NCBI GenBank assembly: GCA_039096225.1
Contig: JBBPEB010000006.1
Span: 682,001 to 746,000 of the forward strand
Reading direction: 5' to 3'
DNA: 64,000 bases
From: Blastocystis sp. Blastoise
Taxonomy: Eukaryota > Protista > Bigyra: Opalinata
The position numbers and the translations under genes are program-made. Below the pieces are notes generated by a model, which ran no database searches, was not told where the DNA came from, and saw nothing but the letters and a program-made list of their open reading frames with translations. Of this stretch, positions 61,860-64,000 are shown one piece after another. Positions within the stretch are counted from its first letter, which is position 1; every line of letters begins with the position of its first letter.

Positions 61860-62872
61860 TTAATATCTTGTAAATCCACCATTATTGGCTATTACTGCCT
61901 CAATTCTTTTCGGCATTGATAAAACAAGCCTTTCACATACATTTACAGGTATTGACCTCCATATCTTGTCAACTTCGACCTTTAGTTGACTCAAAGTATA
62001 TCCGCATGGGAATTTCTTTGTAATCTTCTTTTAATATAGACCCAAAGATGTTCAATGGGATTAAGGTCTGGGGACTGTGGAGGCCAATCAATCACTGTAA
62101 GTTGAGCAGTTTTAAAGAAACTATTCATCTTTTTTGACTTGTGAATAGGAGCATTATCCTGTTGGAATACCATAGTTTTGGGGTCAATTTGCAATTTTTC
62201 CACGGTTGACGGAAGAGTTCGACCAAGAGTTTCTCCATACTTTAATGATGTCACATGACCATCAAGGACCTCCATTTGACCAGCACCATGTTGCGTCATA
62301 CATCCCCAAATCATAATCGATTTTCCATCGTTTTTCATGGTTGGAATGATTTCTGACGGCTTATTTGGAGAACCAGGTTTCTTCCAATAGTATTCTTGAA
62401 AGGTTGATTGATGTGTTCTAATAGAACACTCGTCAGACCAGAGGACGTTTTCCCAGAAACTTATTGGCATATTTCGGTATTTTAAACACCAATCCAATCG
62501 GACTTTTCTATTTTTCTCCGATATGAGTGGTTTATGAAGCTTCTTTTTGGCGACGTAACCAACAGCATGGAGTCCTCTAATAAAGGACCTTTTTGAGACA
62601 TGAGTACCGGTTTTCTTTTGGAAGATATCCAATAAAACGCTAGAGTTCTCAGAGCTTTTTGGGACAATATTATTGATTTCTCGTAAATTAGAAGGAGTTA
62701 AAACTTGTGGTCTTCCACCTTTCTTAGTTGACTTGGACATATTGTATTGGGACCTTCTACGGGCAACAGTTCTAAGCGAACAATGAAAATGAATGGCAAT
62801 CTGTTCATCCGTGTACCCGTCTCTTATCATCTTTCTAAACTCTCTTTCAGTTATAACGACGTATTTACCCAT
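61860..62872 (-). pseudogene. Tc1 transposase with a single frameshift near the C-terminus
   Basis: HTH region, GGRP, WSDE, QQDNA, SPDLNPIE (34-residue D-E spacing). The typical tail LKVEVDKIW...SMPKRIEAVIANNGGFTRY* continues in another frame after ~62010. Confidence 0.88.
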
Positions 62873-62976
62873 ACACAACTTATTTTTAAAGAATAAAACT
62901 ATTTTTAAAGGGTTAAAAAAGGTCTCAGAGTAATTGTGTTCCAATTAAAATTTCTGTTTTTCCAAAACCACTAATT

Positions 62977-63004
62977 ATATATTCTAGAAATTTCTAGAAT
63001 ATAT
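62977..63004. promoter_or_regulatory. Heat-shock element within a 28-bp palindrome in the Tc1 promoter region
   Basis: TTC-ta-GAA-at-TTC-ta-GAA (62982-62999), four alternating nGAAn units, next to TATATAAT on the minus strand, ~110 bp upstream of the transposase ATG. Confidence 0.65.
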
Positions 63005-63328
63005 TCTACATGTTATTACAATTCAAACAAAAAAAACCGCGTCAAAAAATTCCCCGTAACTATTGAAAACGATAAGGGTTGTCAGGTTTTGGCACTGATT
63101 GTACTTTCAAAAGATGAGATTTCATCATAAAAATACTATTTATACTATTTCTATTTGAGATTCTTGACGAAGACTATCGTAGTCGATGACAATTCTTACG
63201 TAAAGAAGAAATCCATATATTATTGGTTCAAAGAATCAAAGGGAAATCAAATTGAATTCTCCTCAATTGTTTAGATTTCATTTTTTTGACATTTTTATTT
63301 TATTTTCATATTTTTTTATTATTTGAAA

Positions 63329-64000
63329 ATGGTAAAAGAAAAGGTAGAATACGATAATAATAAGAATGGTGATATTCAGAAGAATATAATTCACTTTGAA
63401 CAACTAGTTGTTGATTTGATTGGTCTTTTCAGTAAGTCAATTAGTTTCTGTAATCACTCTGGTGAATTCATCAATGAATTAATCAAACAATTAACTAGAA
63501 ATAATGAAGAAATCAATCATAAAAATGAAGATGAGAAACAAGAAATTCTTCAAAATGATTCTTTTATTCATGAAAATAATGTTAATATGGATAATGATGA
63601 TGATGATGATGTGGATTTGATACGTTTTTCAAATAGTGGTCCGGTTTATTGTCTTCCTAAAAGAATAACAAACAGTTTAGAAGGTAGTTTAATTCATGAA
63701 TATTCTGAAGAAAGTCAAAGAGCTAGTGATGGAAGTATTTATTTAGATTATCGTAATGATGATACTTTTGTTCCTTATGTTATGGATAAATTAATGAATA
63801 AGAAAATAGATATTGAAGTATTAAACATGAAAGATCAAATTGGTTTATTAAATTTATTTGAATATTGTGGTTTACCTATTCCTGAAGAATTAATGAATTG
63901 TAGAGAAAGAAGAAATAGTACAATGAAGCACTATTCTTATGGTGATGAAGTTATTCTGTGTATAAATGATAAGAGGGATGATATATTACGTGATTATTGG
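63329..64000 (+). CDS. Third member of the BTB-like/TLDc family, N-terminal part (runs off the window)
   Basis: MVKEKVEYD...DDVDLIRFSNSGPVY...DGSIYLDY...LFEYCGLPIP, collinear with 56473; no stop before the window end. Confidence 0.88.
   Translation, partial: MVKEKVEYDNNKNGDIQKNIIHFEQLVVDLIGLFSKSISFCNHSGEFINELIKQLTRNNEEINHKNEDEKQEILQNDSFIHENNVNMDNDDDDDVDLIRFSNSGPVYCLPKRITNSLEGSLIHEYSEESQRASDGSIYLDYRNDDTFVPYVMDKLMNKKIDIEVLNMKDQIGLLNLFEYCGLPIPEELMNCRERRNSTMKHYSYGDEVILCINDKRDDILRDYW

Larger units (their letters stand above)
61677..63101 (-). mobile_element. Tc1/mariner (DD34E) transposon, 1425 bp
   Basis: Perfect 25-bp TIRs CAATCAGTGCCAAAACCTGACAACC (61677-61701 and 63077-63101); TA duplication at 61675-76 and 63102-03. 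Confidence 0.96.

Overview
Very AT-rich, intron-rich eukaryotic DNA in the standard genetic code, with GT-AG introns full of (TA)n. The gene content (expanded He_PIG/PA14 surface proteins, a BTB-like+TLDc family, mitochondrially targeted NuoE) suggests an AT-rich Blastocystis-like stramenopile gut protist; this is inference, not verified. Bases 1-15,150 are a nest of mobile elements. The window opens in the 3' part of an RLE-type (R2/NeSL/CRE-like) non-LTR retrotransposon. A complete ~12.1-kb Helitron (A|TC at 14033 to CTAG|T at 1910, minus strand) has inserted 21 bp after its stop codon. The Helitron is unusually elaborate. Its RepHel gene reconstructs as 15 exons (~2083 aa), with all 14 introns in phase 1 and a run of duplicated micro-exons. 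One 1.5-kb intron is almost wholly self-complementary: a ~63-bp hairpin array with a compensatory base-pair change, clamped by inverted repeats and followed by a 280-nt rod. The element also carries a divergent spliced, apparently non-coding transcript ending in a tRNA T-arm-like hairpin, and a 5 x ~245-bp satellite. Past the Helitron lies a ~600-nt structured cassette with a tRNA-like A/B-box unit and three interleaved helices. Host genes follow: NDUFV2/NuoE, CysRS, a mitochondrial-type TauE head-to-head with a quinone oxidoreductase, a MORN protein, a trefoil + GH38-like/DUF5054 hydrolase, two unknown membrane proteins, Rab GDI and two divergent giant Ig/PA14/HormR-like surface proteins. The window ends with a TLDc cluster (one pseudogene) containing a 1425-bp Tc1 (DD34E) transposon with a perfect heat-shock element. 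All structures were read by eye; no folding or database search was run.
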